DNA of 64,000 nucleotides. It comes from Blepharisma stoltei ATCC 30299 (lineage: Eukaryota; Protista; Ciliophora). The notes under the pieces are model-generated. The model did not search any database. It was not told the DNA's origin and was given only the letters and a program-made list of their open reading frames with translations. Made by a program: the position numbers and the translations under genes. Positions 24,698 to 36,926 of the stretch are shown here, piece after piece (positions within the stretch are counted from its first letter, which is position 1; the number at the start of each line of letters is the position of its first letter). The stretch lies in the NCBI GenBank assembly GCA_965603825.1, contig CBFDEM010000044.1, forward strand, positions 310,001-374,000, written 5' to 3'.

Positions 24698-25513
24698 TTA
24701 ACAGAAATTTGAGCAAAGAATGCAAACATCAAGATCATCATTGTTCTCATTATCTCTATAGTGAAAAGAACCTATATTTCAATATTCACATTCGCATACA
24801 TTGCAAATAAAGCTTTGAGAAATTCCATTTCAAGTAATATTATATGGTCTTGCTGTTCATTTTAATTTCTTATAGCCCATAAATACGCCCTTTACAATTG
24901 AATTTTTTAGTTGGTTTAAACAATTAAAGCAAAGATCAAAATCACACATATCGCAGCCCTTGCAAATTCCACCTATAGTTATACCACAAGAGTCGCAGTA
25001 TGATGGGTCTTCATAATAGCAAAATTTAGATTGCAGCTTATGCTCTCCAGGGCAAGAAATTTTGAAATGCTCCCTTAAGACTTTATTTTCACAACATTCG
25101 CATATAGAAAAATTGCATTGATCACAATAAAACGATCCATAATCAATCGCTCTATAACAAACATCGCAAGATTTTGGCTCGGGATGTCTTACTCACGTTA
25201 GTTCATGATTATTCTCACATACAATGTAGCGAGTCGTTCAGAATAGTTTTCATGGCAGTTCAAGTCTTATATGAATGTTCTTGTTTTTTGGAGACGGATT
25301 TGAATTAGGCTTGTCAATCAAGGATAGGAGTGAGTAATTTGGCTTAATTTCATAAAGCGGCTTTTCGATGTCTTCTCTGCAAAATGGACATATGATATTT
25401 TCTGTATTAAATATTAATCTTAAACACAATCTACAGAGTGTATGACCGCAGGTGATTACCATAGGTAAATTCGCTTGCAAGTTGAACTCTTCTAAACAAA
25501 TTTCACATTCCAT
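24698..25513 (-). CDS. RING-finger protein with about three C1/ZZ-like Cys-rich repeats
   Basis: CEIC..CGHTLCRLC..CPFC, then through six TGA codons: CENNH..CDVC..CDQCNFSICECC, CPGEH..CDSC..CDMCDFDLCFNC and a degenerate third repeat. TAA 24698-24700. Confidence 0.85.
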
Positions 25514-26333
25514 AATAATATATTTTATTGCAATGGTTTCATATTCGGATCAACTTATCTATTACAAATAAATTGTCATTATTTTTATGTGTGCAAATGA
25601 ATGGCTAAGTTTAGTTATCAAATGATGTATACGTTTTGGAATTGAGTCATAGAAGATAAAGCATATTTAGGAAATGCGATTTTCAAGATTTTAAGTTTTT
25701 TAGGATTTATAAGCAAAAAAATTAATTTCTTTATAAGAAATTAAAGCTTTGCGCATCTTTACCATTTTATATTAAATATATAATTTTAGAAAATCTCTTT
25801 TTAATTAATATATGACTTACATATAAGGTGCGTGCTATCAACCACAAGAAAACCTATTCAACCTTTGCTTTATTATGTACATGCGAAAGTTGAAATCAGT
25901 TAATTTTTATAAGAGAAAAAGGTTTTGGGGTGTTGAAGAATTGAATAAATTCCCAAAAATACCAAGTAAATTTAATTATGCACTCAATTTAAATTATTAG
26001 TTTAATTTCATGCTACAATAAATTAATTTGAGTTTCAGGTGAGAATATTTATTATTGGCATTGATCTGAATTTTCGCAAAATATTTCGAAAATAAATATT
26101 AATTTTACTGACCTTTAATAAAAATTTGAATTAATATTTCAAATTATAAACATATTTTATAACTCAGATTTATGAGTAATAAGACAGTTACATAATTTTA
26201 TCTTTCTGAATAAATATATGCATTAAAACTTAATTTTATTATTTTAAATTTAGAATTTTTGCTTACGATCTAGAACTAATAATTCAAATTATTTATAGTT
26301 ATCATATTTATATAAACTATTTAATATGGTTAT

Positions 26334-26828
26334 TTACTGATTGATAATTTGACTACTAAATATACTTGTTGGAAGCATGCAGTACTCTTGCGGTGCTGAT
26401 ATGGGAGGCAATTCATATCTATGCTCTTCATTTGCGTTTAGCTTGTATGGTATTGCTTCTAACTTGAAAAAATCTGATTTTTCAATTAATTGTGTGAGAA
26501 TGATATATTCGTTTCTAGGATGATTAATTTCGCTCTTTTGGGTGTACTTGTTTAGTGCCAAATGGATCCTTTTGTGAGCAGAGAGTTGACTTCCCTGGCG
26601 GAATTTCATCCCACATCCAGGTTCTTTACAGTTATAGGGCATTTCACCCGAGTGGGTGAAGATGTGCTCCTTCAAGTTTTGTTTTGAGGATAAAACCTTC
26701 GTACAAAATCTGCACTGGAATTTTTTATTTTCACTATGATATGCTTCCATATGACGTTTAAGATTGAATTTGTTCGAATAGCTGCTTGTGCAGCCTGGGA
26801 CTTTGCATTTATAAATTGTGTCTTTCAT
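26334..26828 (-). CDS. C2H2 zinc-finger protein (3 fingers)
   Basis: CKVPGC..H..H, CRFC..H..H, HSGEMPYNC linker, CKEPGC..HKRIH. Confidence 0.93.
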   Translation of the reverse strand: MKDTIYKCKVPGCTSSYSNKFNLKRHMEAYHSENKKFQCRFCTKVLSSKQNLKEHIFTHSGEMPYNCKEPGCGMKFRQGSQLSAHKRIHLALNKYTQKSEINHPRNEYIILTQLIEKSDFFKLEAIPYKLNANEEHRYELPPISAPQEYCMLPTSIFSSQIINQ

Positions 26829-27281
26829 ATTAATATTTATATTAGACTTTTACTTGTAGCACTGTATGGGTAAAATGGAAGAAAAAACTATTCGATTAGG
26901 AGTTTTATTATCAACAATTTCAAAAGAGATGAATAACTTGCTTTATAACTCAAGAAAACCTTTTACAGAACTTATATATGCATATTTTAGCATACAAAAA
27001 CTATATATATAATTATGAGACTATAAAAATAGAGTTGACGGTTATTTTCTATTAAAAAATATATATTTGAAATATATTCTAGAGTTAATATTTTAACTAA
27101 ATATAAACTATCTGCTTAATGCTTTAGCGCTTTTCGTTTATACTTTATATTATCTTAGTTTATATATTTCAGTTCTATAAGAAGATGACATTTTAATTTA
27201 AAATTATATTTGAATTCGAATTTACTTACCATCTTCTTAATTAGCATAACTTAATTTTTATTTTTAAAATTCACGATGACA

Positions 27282-27314
27282 TATAGTCCGATCCCTGCTT
27301 TGGGTCGGGCTATA
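27282..27314 (+). other. GC-rich intergenic stem-loop (13 bp including 2 G-U pairs, 7-nt loop); function unknown
   Basis: TATAGTCCGATCC-CTGCTTT-GGGTCGGGCTATA in a very AT-rich spacer. Confidence 0.5.
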
Positions 27315-27424
27315 ATAAACCTCTTGAAAAAAATTATTTTCTTGATATTCCCTCATTATTCACTCTAAATTTATTATTTTGTAGCTTAAAGATTCTAAAT
27401 TATTTTAATAATAAGAAATTTAAA

Positions 27425-28171
27425 TTATTCTGCACCAATTGATTGGTAAATTCTTTGAATCTTAGAAACCTTAGACAAATCCAGAATCTCATATTTAGGA
27501 AATATTTCTTTCATAACCTCATCACAAACTCCAAATTTATCAATTAGTCCATGCTTTACACTTTCATCTGCCGTAAAGATATCTCCATTATATAAAACTT
27601 CATCTTTTTTTGCATTTTCAACCTTAATTTTCCCTTTTCTAGATTCCTCGATTACATTTTTGAATTCTTCTCCTGTTTCTTGGACTAATCCCGCAAGTCA
27701 TTTCTGGGTATCTGGCTTAAGCTCTTTTAGTGGGTCAACTCTCTCTTGCAAATCTAATGGAGAAGTTGCCCAGCTTCTACGCTCAATACCATATTTAGCT
27801 GCAAGTCCTTTTATACCAAATAAGCTAAATCTAGCTCCAATACTTCCTATAAGCGATGCAGGGGTCGCATATAGCTCATTTGCAGCTGACATCACGTAAT
27901 ATCCTCCAGATGCTGCAAGATCTTCAGCAAATGCGTAGACTGGGATGTGATGATGCTTAGAAAATGCTAATAAACGTTGCCTAATTAAAGAACTCTGAGC
28001 TGCGCTTCCTCCTGGAGAATTGACTACTATAGCAAGGGCCACTGGGCTTCTCCAGCGTTTCCTTTGTAAATCTTTGTTTAGCTTTTCAAGAGTTTTTTCT
28101 GATATACAGCCTGAAATGCGGATTTTAAACACGGCTTTTCGGAGATCTGAAATCCTCTTAATAGCTTCCAT
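27425..28171 (-). CDS. S49 family peptidase (SppA-like)
   Basis: VNSPGGS, AASGGYY, GSIG. TGA 27698 reads through to NGDIFTADESVKHGLIDKFG. TAA 27425. Confidence 0.9.
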
Positions 28172-28989
28172 TTATTACATAATCCAAGAATTTATATCTT
28201 AAAGAAATTATGTAGATTTTTCACTGCTATCAGATAGATATTATGACAAAATATATTAAATTTTTAGTCATCAAGAACCGACACTACAAGATGTAAACAA
28301 GTTTTAGTAATGAAGACTCATTTTGCATCATTATTTTGCTATAATAAGTAATAAAATATAATTAGGCCTCTCTAAGATATAAAATTATTTTATAAGGTCA
28401 GAAAAATATAACAAAATTAAAATAAGTCTTGAAAAAACTAATTTGCTTGTTATATTAGTGATAAAATTTTAAATTATAATAAATACAGCGTTTTATCATT
28501 TAAAAATTCGACTTAGCAGTAAAACCTTAATTCAAGCTAAAAAACTTAATTTAACTCAAAATGGCTCGTAAATATAGTTTAAACGTTTGAATTCGTTATA
28601 ATTTAACCATTTAATTCTGACTGATTCTTAAAAATTTTGTTATTTAGAAAGCCCATACGGATATTAGCAATATTTGAAGCAGTTTATAAGCAATTGAGCA
28701 GTTGATTATGAAAATTAAATGAGGAAAATATTAAATGATAAGTAAAATTAAAATTAAATAAAACAATCAAAAATTCAAGTATTCCGTAAATTTAATTTAA
28801 TCAGAAATATTAAATGCTTGCGTTGTTATATTAAATAAAGCTAAGTATGCTTATTTTAAAAATACGTCGCCCAAATCTATTAAAAGTGAACATATTTTAT
28901 TAGACATTATTTTGCTCTTTATTACTTAAAATTGAGTTTTTATTAGAATTGATACTTATTTGGAATCACTCAATTAAGGTAGAGGAGCT

Positions 28990-29385
28990 AATAATGAACA
29001 CTTAAAACTTCAAAAAATTGAAGTCTATCAAAGTGTTGACGATGAGATCTTAGCCTATCCGCATTTAAACCTTCTTAAGTAAACAGAATGAATGCAAAAA
29101 ATTCGGTGAGCTATTAATTCTAGGCTTAATACTGACCCTATGAAGTTAACTGAAGAAGATAAAATAGAGAATCAATTTAATTTTAACAGATAAGAGAAGT
29201 CACCAAAAGAATTTAAAAAACTGATGCTCTCAAATGCTAATACACTGGCTTCATTTATAAACCATTTACGTTCTGATAGTATTTATCGAATTAGATATGA
29301 GCTAATAATGAAATTTTCTGCTATTCTATTAAGGCTTGATTGAAACTTATTGCATATGACTACAAGAGGCAGAAACTCTATAATT
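28990..29385 (+). pseudogene. Decayed tandem copy of the 29715 gene
   Basis: 29182-29383 translates F*QIREVTKRI*KTDALKC*YT/ASFINHLRSDSIYRIRYELIMKF../LIETYCIWLQEAETL*, versus parent FKEMGEFTKRIPETDPLESLYTNAPFIDHVRSDNIHRIRDELMRNI..LNEACDTWRQDSEVL. It has TAA stops and frameshifts; the 5' boundary is approximate. Confidence 0.8.
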
Positions 29386-29714
29386 TTCCAATAAATGTTT
29401 GATCATTTTAAAAATATAGGAAATTTGAATTCTTGCTTCGATTATAAAATGAAACCTAATATAAGCTTTAATCTGATTACAATATACTTGATCCATTGTC
29501 TGCGATAGTGAAATTTATTGATCATGAGCCGAATATTATTATTTTTTATTTATTATAGATTGTTTTTCAGCATAACTGCTTACTGAATGAGCTTAATAAA
29601 TTTATTAAAATGACTAACTAAATCTTTACTATACATCAGAGTTTTAATAAAATACTTTCTTATCAAATAACTATTAACAGTGTGGACTAAATTTAACATT
29701 ACTAATCAATAAAA

Positions 29715-30245
29715 ATGCTCCAAAAGAAACCTCTAACACTCCCAAAAATCAAAGGTTGCAAGAATGTTACTGAAGCCTCACCATCAAATTTTAAGCCCAT
29801 AAAAATTCCATCTCCTAAAAGCGCAAGACACTTATATGATATAAAACACCGGATTACTCCATCAGGACAATACACTAATCCTAGAAATTATATTGCAAGT
29901 GATAAGATATCAAGACAAATGAGTTTTTCTTCTTTAGCTGAACAACAAACTTCGGTTCTGAGGCATTCACTAACACAAAATTCTTTACCAGCCACAATAA
30001 TTAGAAAATTCGAATATCTCAAGATAAGGAGAAGATTTAAAGAGATGGGAGAATTCACGAAAAGAATTCCGGAAACAGATCCTCTTGAAAGTTTATATAC
30101 AAATGCTCCGTTTATAGACCATGTTCGAAGCGATAACATTCATCGAATCAGAGATGAGTTAATGAGAAATATAAAGCCAGTATACGAAGATCTAAATGAA
30201 GCTTGTGACACATGGCGGCAAGACTCAGAAGTTCTTTATATTTAA
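29715..30245 (+). CDS. Hypothetical protein
   Basis: 176-aa ATG-TAA ORF. Its upstream relic shows codon-like divergence, which supports coding status. Confidence 0.8.
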   Translation: MLQKKPLTLPKIKGCKNVTEASPSNFKPIKIPSPKSARHLYDIKHRITPSGQYTNPRNYIASDKISRQMSFSSLAEQQTSVLRHSLTQNSLPATIIRKFEYLKIRRRFKEMGEFTKRIPETDPLESLYTNAPFIDHVRSDNIHRIRDELMRNIKPVYEDLNEACDTWRQDSEVLYI

Positions 30246-30674
30246 ATATTAACAATTTTCACTATTTACTATAAAATCGTATTTTTAAGTAAAATAAAAA
30301 TCGTTTTGAAGCATTTTTATCATTAAATCTAAATTTCCTTATTTTTTTCTCGTTTATATACATATTACAAAATCTAAAATTACCAAAAGCTAAATATGTA
30401 ACCGAAACAGAAATAAATGCAATATGGTCAGTCATTAAAGTGCTTCTTATTCAATTTCTTTGGAAATGATTTGCATAAGATAAATAATTTAGATATTCAT
30501 AAGATAGCAATTCAATTTCAAAAGCAAGATTTTTAATAAAAAATATAGATGATAAGCTAAATTAATATTTAAAGATTTTTTAGATATAAAAGGAAAAATC
30601 TAGGAAATTACTTATATTTAAGATATCTTTATTTTAAAGGATTTTTATTAGAAATAGCAAACCATTTAAATTTA

Positions 30675-31826
30675 TTATTCATTTATTCCTAGAATTTGAG
30701 AATTTCTTTGGAAATTTACTATTTCATGAAAGCCTGCCAAAGCAAGCTCAGAAAATTTTTTTATCATCTTTTCGTATGCTGATACTCTATTTTTTTTAAA
30801 ATCAGGCAACTCTTGTACACAAAGTCTTATTATCATAATACTCAAAATCTTGGTAATATCTTCAATTTCTTTTTTAAGACTTATAGCAGTGGCTAAATCT
30901 CTATTTTTACATACGATTTTATTTGAATTGTCTATTCTTTCTTTATCCTTGACTTTAGCTATTTTACAAAATTGTTTTTCTTTTTGCAGTTTAATATTTT
31001 CATAATAATTTTTTTTACTGATTGCTTCTAAAGTCGACTTTATTTCTAAAATTTCTCTTTGGATCCAGTCAAACAGCTCTTTATAAGGATTTTCCAATTT
31101 GATTTTGTCAAAAGGAAAAATCATCCCATCTCTGAAATCTCTCATATTTCCAATATATCTTGACTCAATATCTTTTATTCTTTCATTCATGTTTGAATAC
31201 AAAGACTGAAAAGTAATAAATTCGCTTAAGATCGATTTTACATTTTTCTTCAAATTTTGAAGATTTTCTAAGCTCTGCTTCAAAAATTTTTCATCATCTA
31301 TAAGCTGAAACAGCATTTTATCTGTAACTTTTAGATCAGAATCATATGTGCAGATTCTCTCATTTGTGTATGCTATATCATGAATAGATCATCTAATTTC
31401 GTTACTTCTTTCTTCGAAATCTGCGGCTCCACGGATAAATAAGTGGAATTCTTCACTTTTATAGAGAAATTTGTGCTTTACTAGTTGGCGGAGGAAGTAG
31501 CTGAGCATTTTTCTTCTTGATTCTATAAAGGCATCAGAAAAATTGCCTATGAACTTTTTAGGCGGCAGAGGAGCTATCAAGCAGCCAGGTCATCGGTTTG
31601 TTAGTAAGTTTCTTAGGACTAAGAAATCACTATACCTTCTGTATGATTCAAACCTTCCTTCAATATCAATTCCATGAACCATATAAACTGTATATTTAGA
31701 GAACGTGCTTTCTTCGTAGAGACGAGGATTTGACACATGGATTTCAACAAAGTCTTCAGGAGGGCAATTTGGGTCTCTATCATAGTGTGACACTTCTATT
31801 TCATTTCCAAAAATTCCTGCATTCAT
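30675..31826 (-). CDS. PX-domain sorting nexin-like protein
   Basis: YTVY, RRYSDF, RW(TGA 31590)PGCLIAPLPPKK, FIESRR. A second TGA at 31389 joins the helical C-terminal part. Confidence 0.9.
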
Positions 31827-32089
31827 TAGATTTAATTTGGTAGTGTTAATTTTAATGTTCTAAGATCATTGATTATAAACAAAAGTCACAATAAAATGAA
31901 TTTTATATAAATAAAATTTGTGGAGCTTTAAAACATCTGGCTATTTTAAATTCTTTGAGTAAAAGATGCCATCTATTAATAAACGAAAGCAATGAAAATT
32001 AGATTTATTAATAAGAAATTAGTATTAAATCTCTCTTTATAAGAAAATTAATAGAATTAATAAATATAATTTGATTGGAATTTTTTAGA

Positions 32090-33076
32090 TTAAGATATCC
32101 CGTTCATTCTCATGACTACGTCAAAGATGTCGCTTTTTTCATTGAAATCGATTACCAGGATGTTTCCCATGCGCCAATATGGAGTCTTCTCGTATTTTTC
32201 CCAGAATTTAGGTAGATGCTTATTGCAGTGATCAGAAAGATCTTCCACAGTGTGAGATTCCCAAGGCAGTAAAGTATGCAATATGGTGTCAGCAGTAGGC
32301 TCAAGTACCCATGACATCTTGTAAAGTACACCAGGCCATAGCTTGCTGTTATATTCTTCGACAATTGGAGTTGTTTCATTTATCAGTAATGATTCTTTAT
32401 CAACATTAGGGTTTGTTGTTTTAATAGCTGTGCCTGGCCAAATACTAACTCCGTCATATTCAAGCTCCATGGTCACAACAGCTCTCTTACCGGCCTTGAT
32501 CATATCATTGACTGTAAAGTTGAATGATGTATTCACTGGGTACATATAAGATCCCAATGTGCTTTTAACTGTGGATTGGAGGTTAGTCAAGTTCAGTTTG
32601 GTATAGCTTCCTGCAAAGTGAGACAATTCGACAACCACGATTTCTTTGTCATATGATTTCAAATAATCAGCAATTGTCTGAAGCATTGGCTGAATGGCTG
32701 TTCCATACATATTGTTATAGACAAACCAGTTGTTCATGGTCGAGTTAAATGCAAGTTTAAAGTCGAAATATCTGATTCCTTTCTCCAATTGGTCTTTAAT
32801 TTGGATGCCTTGATCTCTGGACCATTTAATCATTTCCTTTTCTTTGTTTAAGTGAAAAGGCTTGATCACAACGTCAATGGCAGGCCAAAGCTCAATAGCT
32901 TGGCCTGGAACTTGGACTTCGGTTAAATCGTAGGTTCCACTATTTTGGGTACCTGGAAGTGTTATATTTTGAAGTGATTTTGGACCAACTTTATCAATGC
33001 CATCTGCTATCCATTTCTTTGGATCTAAAGCAGAGAAAAGAGGAATGATTGCTAATAAAAGAAAAGCAGAGACCAT
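32090..33076 (-). CDS. Secreted PI-PLC X-domain (PLCXD-like) protein, probably inactive
   Basis: Signal peptide, ITLPGTQNSG, WSRDQ..IKDQLEKGIRYFDFK, EIVVVELSH, NILVIDF. Confidence 0.85.
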   Translation of the reverse strand: MVSAFLLLAIIPLFSALDPKKWIADGIDKVGPKSLQNITLPGTQNSGTYDLTEVQVPGQAIELWPAIDVVIKPFHLNKEKEMIKWSRDQGIQIKDQLEKGIRYFDFKLAFNSTMNNWFVYNNMYGTAIQPMLQTIADYLKSYDKEIVVVELSHFAGSYTKLNLTNLQSTVKSTLGSYMYPVNTSFNFTVNDMIKAGKRAVVTMELEYDGVSIWPGTAIKTTNPNVDKESLLINETTPIVEEYNSKLWPGVLYKMSWVLEPTADTILHTLLPWESHTVEDLSDHCNKHLPKFWEKYEKTPYWRMGNILVIDFNEKSDIFDVVMRMNGIS

Positions 33077-34614
33077 CCTAATTATTATAAGGCTCAAAAT
33101 GGGATTGAATTATGTCGACAAGTTTTTATGCAATAAAGATGAGAAGTGAGTAAAAATTAAGGGAAGGCATATGAGATAAGATGGAAGTATATTTATTATA
33201 AAAATTTGAAAAACTCTTGAGGAAATATGAATTTGGCATAATTTTATAATTTTAGCTACAATTTTCTGTTGAAATAAATGCTTTATAAAACTAATCATTT
33301 TTATGAGAAAGCAGTATAAGCATTTGGCCCGAGGAAATTTTATTAACTTATTTAATTAATTTCCTTGTGGAAAATATAGGAAAGCATAAAATCGCTATGT
33401 CTTTATCTAAAGTGCATGATGAAGCATTAATTTAATTGTTTTAAGTTTCCTTAGCATGTAGCATTGGCATTCTAACCCAAAGCAATGTCAGTGTCCTTTA
33501 TTTTGTGTTAAAATAAATAAGCTGAATATTAGAATTTTTCCTTGGTTGGTGATCCTCATAGTTTATTAAAGCTAACTCAAAAATTATTATGTTTCAGCTC
33601 TGTTTTGTCCTAACATATTGAGATAAAAGATAAAAGCCGGTTAAAAATGTCTTACTTTTTTTTTAATTTGCTTGAAAAAGGTTCCTAAAAGTGCTTTTTA
33701 TTTATCTTTTTAATTGATTAATATAAGGATAATACTTCATTAGCAAAATTTGAATTTCCCTATTTTTCTTATTTTTACAGTTCAGGGCAAAAACTCTTCA
33801 ATGAACTCAAAATTTTGCCTTCTGTTTTTTTTTTCTATAATATTCAAGATTCATCCATCAAACATTTATTCAGGCAAATAAGAATTTCAATAAAAAACCT
33901 AAAAAGGGATGATATATTTAATTTACTTTTGTTCAGTTTGTCAGTAAAAACATTCCCATTTAAATTTAATGCGTTTTAATTAGAGCTTAAGTGATAAATT
34001 GCCTATTAATTCAAAACAGAAATTTAATTCACATTTATTTATTAACTTTTATCACTTCCTAACGAAGCATTTTTTCTTTATTATTCAAAATAACTTCGTA
34101 GAGCTCCAAAAAATTTCAAATCTTATCATCAAAAACTTCAAATCATAACAATAAAAAAACAACAGTCATCCATCTTCAGCAGCAAATCCTCCAGCAACAG
34201 CCCTCTCCATCAATAGAAGCTATTTCTCCAGAATTTTTTGATACAAAAACCATATTTCTCAGCCGAGATCGGACACCAAGAAAATTCCTGTATAAATTTG
34301 TGTCACCAGAATCCTTAAAGTTTTCCCAAGCTTACGACCAACCTTCAGTCCTCCAGGAGATGCTCAGCTATCTGGCGCGATGCGCCTTAAAAATTACTAT
34401 GAATCAAGTTTCATTCATAATTATCCAAAACGACATAATTTTTTGAATTTTTTTTTATTTCTTTTCTACCTTTACTTCACATTTCTCTAAGCTTTTATAA
34501 TCTTCAAAAATTTTTTGCGTTATCCCTCTGGTTCTCCAAAAGTAACGACATCAGATTTTTTTTTACTTCTAGAATTAATTCACTTGAAAACATGTCCAGT
34601 TTAATAAATTAACC

Positions 34615-36036
34615 ATGGGAATAAAAGTAAGCAAAGTAAAGCACACAGTCTCGCTAGACACAATGGTGGAGAGATCTTCTCTCACTAATCAAGAAATTTC
34701 GATACACAAAGCATACAAATTTGGGAAAATCATAGGCGCTGGGAACTTTGGAGTTGTAAGAGAGGCGTTTCCTACTGACTCCTTAATAAAAGTCGCCATA
34801 AAGGCCATTTCTAAAGGCATGAAAGGGTTTGATATAAAAAAAGCTTCCAGAGAAGTGGCCATACTTAAGTCAATAGACCACCCCAATATCATTAGATTTA
34901 ATGAAGCCTATGAAGACGACAGAAATATTTTTATTGTTTCTGAACATTGCCAAGGTGGCCATTTATGGAAAAAAATGATAACACAAAGAAAACTCACAGA
35001 AATCGAGGCACAGATTTACATTAATCAGATGCTTCTAGCTATAAACTATTTGCATCTCCACAAAATTGTACATAGAGATATAAAGCCAGAAAATTTTTTA
35101 TTTGTCTCCCCTGACCACAATGAGCTAAAGTTAATTGACTTTGGCTTTGCAAAAAAATACAATAAATTTTCATCAATGCGCAAATGTTTAGGGACATCTT
35201 ATTACATGGCTCCTGAGGTTTTGAAAGGAAATTATAACCAAAAATGCGATGAATGGGGGATTGGAGTCATCATGTACACGATGCTTTGTGGAGAATTACC
35301 TTTTTACAGTAAAGATTTGCATACAGCTTTTGAACAAATAAAAAAAGGAGCCTTTTGCACAACAAGTGAAAATTGGGACCAAATTTCTTTAGAAGGGAAA
35401 GATTTGATTGGCAAATTGTTGTCTGTGAATCCTTCTAAACGAATTTCTGCAAAAAAAGCATTAAACCATCCTTGGTTTCGTACAATGACAAATAGTGATC
35501 CTTTAGTCGACGGTTCCTTAATCAGCTCTTTTCAAGAGTATTGCAAATCATCAGTTTTTCATAAAGAAATCCTTAATATGATGATAAAATACATGACTTT
35601 CAGCGAAATCAGGGAAATAAATCAGCTCTTCCTAAACTTCGATAAAGAAAAAAAAGGTGAAATTTCTATAAAATCTTTTACAAGATTTTTGCAGAGCTCA
35701 CTTACCAGTATATCTATAGATACAATAAAAAACTTGCTTAAGGAAATTGATACTGATAAAGACGGCATCATTAATTACACAGAATTTTTAGCAGCTGCTG
35801 TGAGCTCAATACATCAGTTTACTCAAGACGAAATTTGGTTCATTTTTGATCAGTTTGATAGCGAAAGGAAAGGATTTATAACACCAAATGACATTAGAAG
35901 AACATTGCAAAGGTCAGGTTGTACAATAGAAAAGGACATAGAAAGTAAATTGCTGAAAGATATTGGAAGAAAAAACATTGCGAAAATTGATTTCAAAGGA
36001 TTTCTTGATATCTTTACAAATGGGTGGAGGAATTAG
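34615..36036 (+). CDS. Calcium-dependent protein kinase (CDPK)
   Basis: MG N-terminus, GAGNFG, VAIK, HRDIKPEN, DFG, APE, then EF hands (DKEKKGEIS, DTDKDGIINYTEF, DSERKGFIT). Confidence 0.95.
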   Translation: MGIKVSKVKHTVSLDTMVERSSLTNQEISIHKAYKFGKIIGAGNFGVVREAFPTDSLIKVAIKAISKGMKGFDIKKASREVAILKSIDHPNIIRFNEAYEDDRNIFIVSEHCQGGHLWKKMITQRKLTEIEAQIYINQMLLAINYLHLHKIVHRDIKPENFLFVSPDHNELKLIDFGFAKKYNKFSSMRKCLGTSYYMAPEVLKGNYNQKCDEWGIGVIMYTMLCGELPFYSKDLHTAFEQIKKGAFCTTSENWDQISLEGKDLIGKLLSVNPSKRISAKKALNHPWFRTMTNSDPLVDGSLISSFQEYCKSSVFHKEILNMMIKYMTFSEIREINQLFLNFDKEKKGEISIKSFTRFLQSSLTSISIDTIKNLLKEIDTDKDGIINYTEFLAAAVSSIHQFTQDEIWFIFDQFDSERKGFITPNDIRRTLQRSGCTIEKDIESKLLKDIGRKNIAKIDFKGFLDIFTNGWRN

Positions 36037-36275
36037 ATTATACACAAATTCTGTGATGGAATCGTCATGGATATATAAAATTAATTAATTTTTTGGTATA
36101 ATTTTGGATTTAAATCATAAGTTAATTATTGATACCAAACTGCATGAGGTGCAATGTCTAAGAAATTAATTCTTCTCTCTTGAATTTACACCAATAAATA
36201 GCTTACAAGCTATAAATGGTTTGGACATAGGTTTAACCGAATAAGATTTGAATAATTTACAAAATACTGGAAAAT

Positions 36276-36926
36276 ATGGAAAATCAATCAGAATAGTAAC
36301 TCTCAATCAGCGACTATCTTTTTAAGATCCTCTTAATTGGAGACTCTGAAGTTGGAAAATCTGCTCTTTTGCTTCGTCTTTGTGATGATGTTTATAGCGA
36401 AAACTACACAGCTACCATCGGGGTAGATTTCGTAAGAATCATCTAGAAAATACGCACAATTCAAGATTCAGGAAAAACTGTAAAGCTCCAGCTATGAGAC
36501 ACAGCAGGCCAAGAGCGATTTATTTCTATAACTTCCAACTATTATCGTGGCCCTCATGGAATCGTAATTATTTATGACATCACAAACCGTGAGTCTTTTA
36601 ATCATGTCAATAATTGGCTACAACAAATCGAATTATACTCAGAACCTAATGTAAAAAAATTTTTAATTGGAAATAAATCAGATTTAGAAGAAAGAAGAGT
36701 TGTGACATATGAGGAAGGGAAAAATTTCGCAAAAAGCAAAGGTATGAATTTTATTGAAGTGTCTGCCAGGACTTCGAATAATGTAGAAGACGCTTTTATA
36801 TTTTTTTCTAGAGAAATAAAAGAAGAAATAGCTGCGAAAATGATTATAGGAGCGAACTCAAAAGCAAATAAGCTTGGGTATGGAGAAGCAATAGTAACTG
36901 AAAGTAAATCTAAATGCTGTTCATAG
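36276..36926 (+). CDS. Rab1-like GTPase (3 exons)
   Basis: Introns 36296-36310 and 36432-36446 give [33 protein letters not shown](TGA 36495)[17 protein letters not shown] and C-terminal CCS. Confidence 0.93.
36296..36310 (+). other. 15-nt intron
   Basis: GTAACTCTCAATCAG; restores Rab EYDY. Confidence 0.92.
36432..36446 (+). other. 15-nt intron
   Basis: GTAAGAATCATCTAG; restores GVDFKIRT. Confidence 0.93.

Noticed and set aside
27222-27232. ACTTACC resembling the U1 snRNA 5' end
   Set aside because: No U1 stem-loops or loop motifs follow.
27178-27239. TA-bounded 10-bp inverted repeat TAAGAAGATG...CATCTTCTTA (MITE/IES-like)
   Set aside because: A 10-bp inverted repeat is expected by chance in 64 kb of AT-rich DNA, and no second copy was seen.
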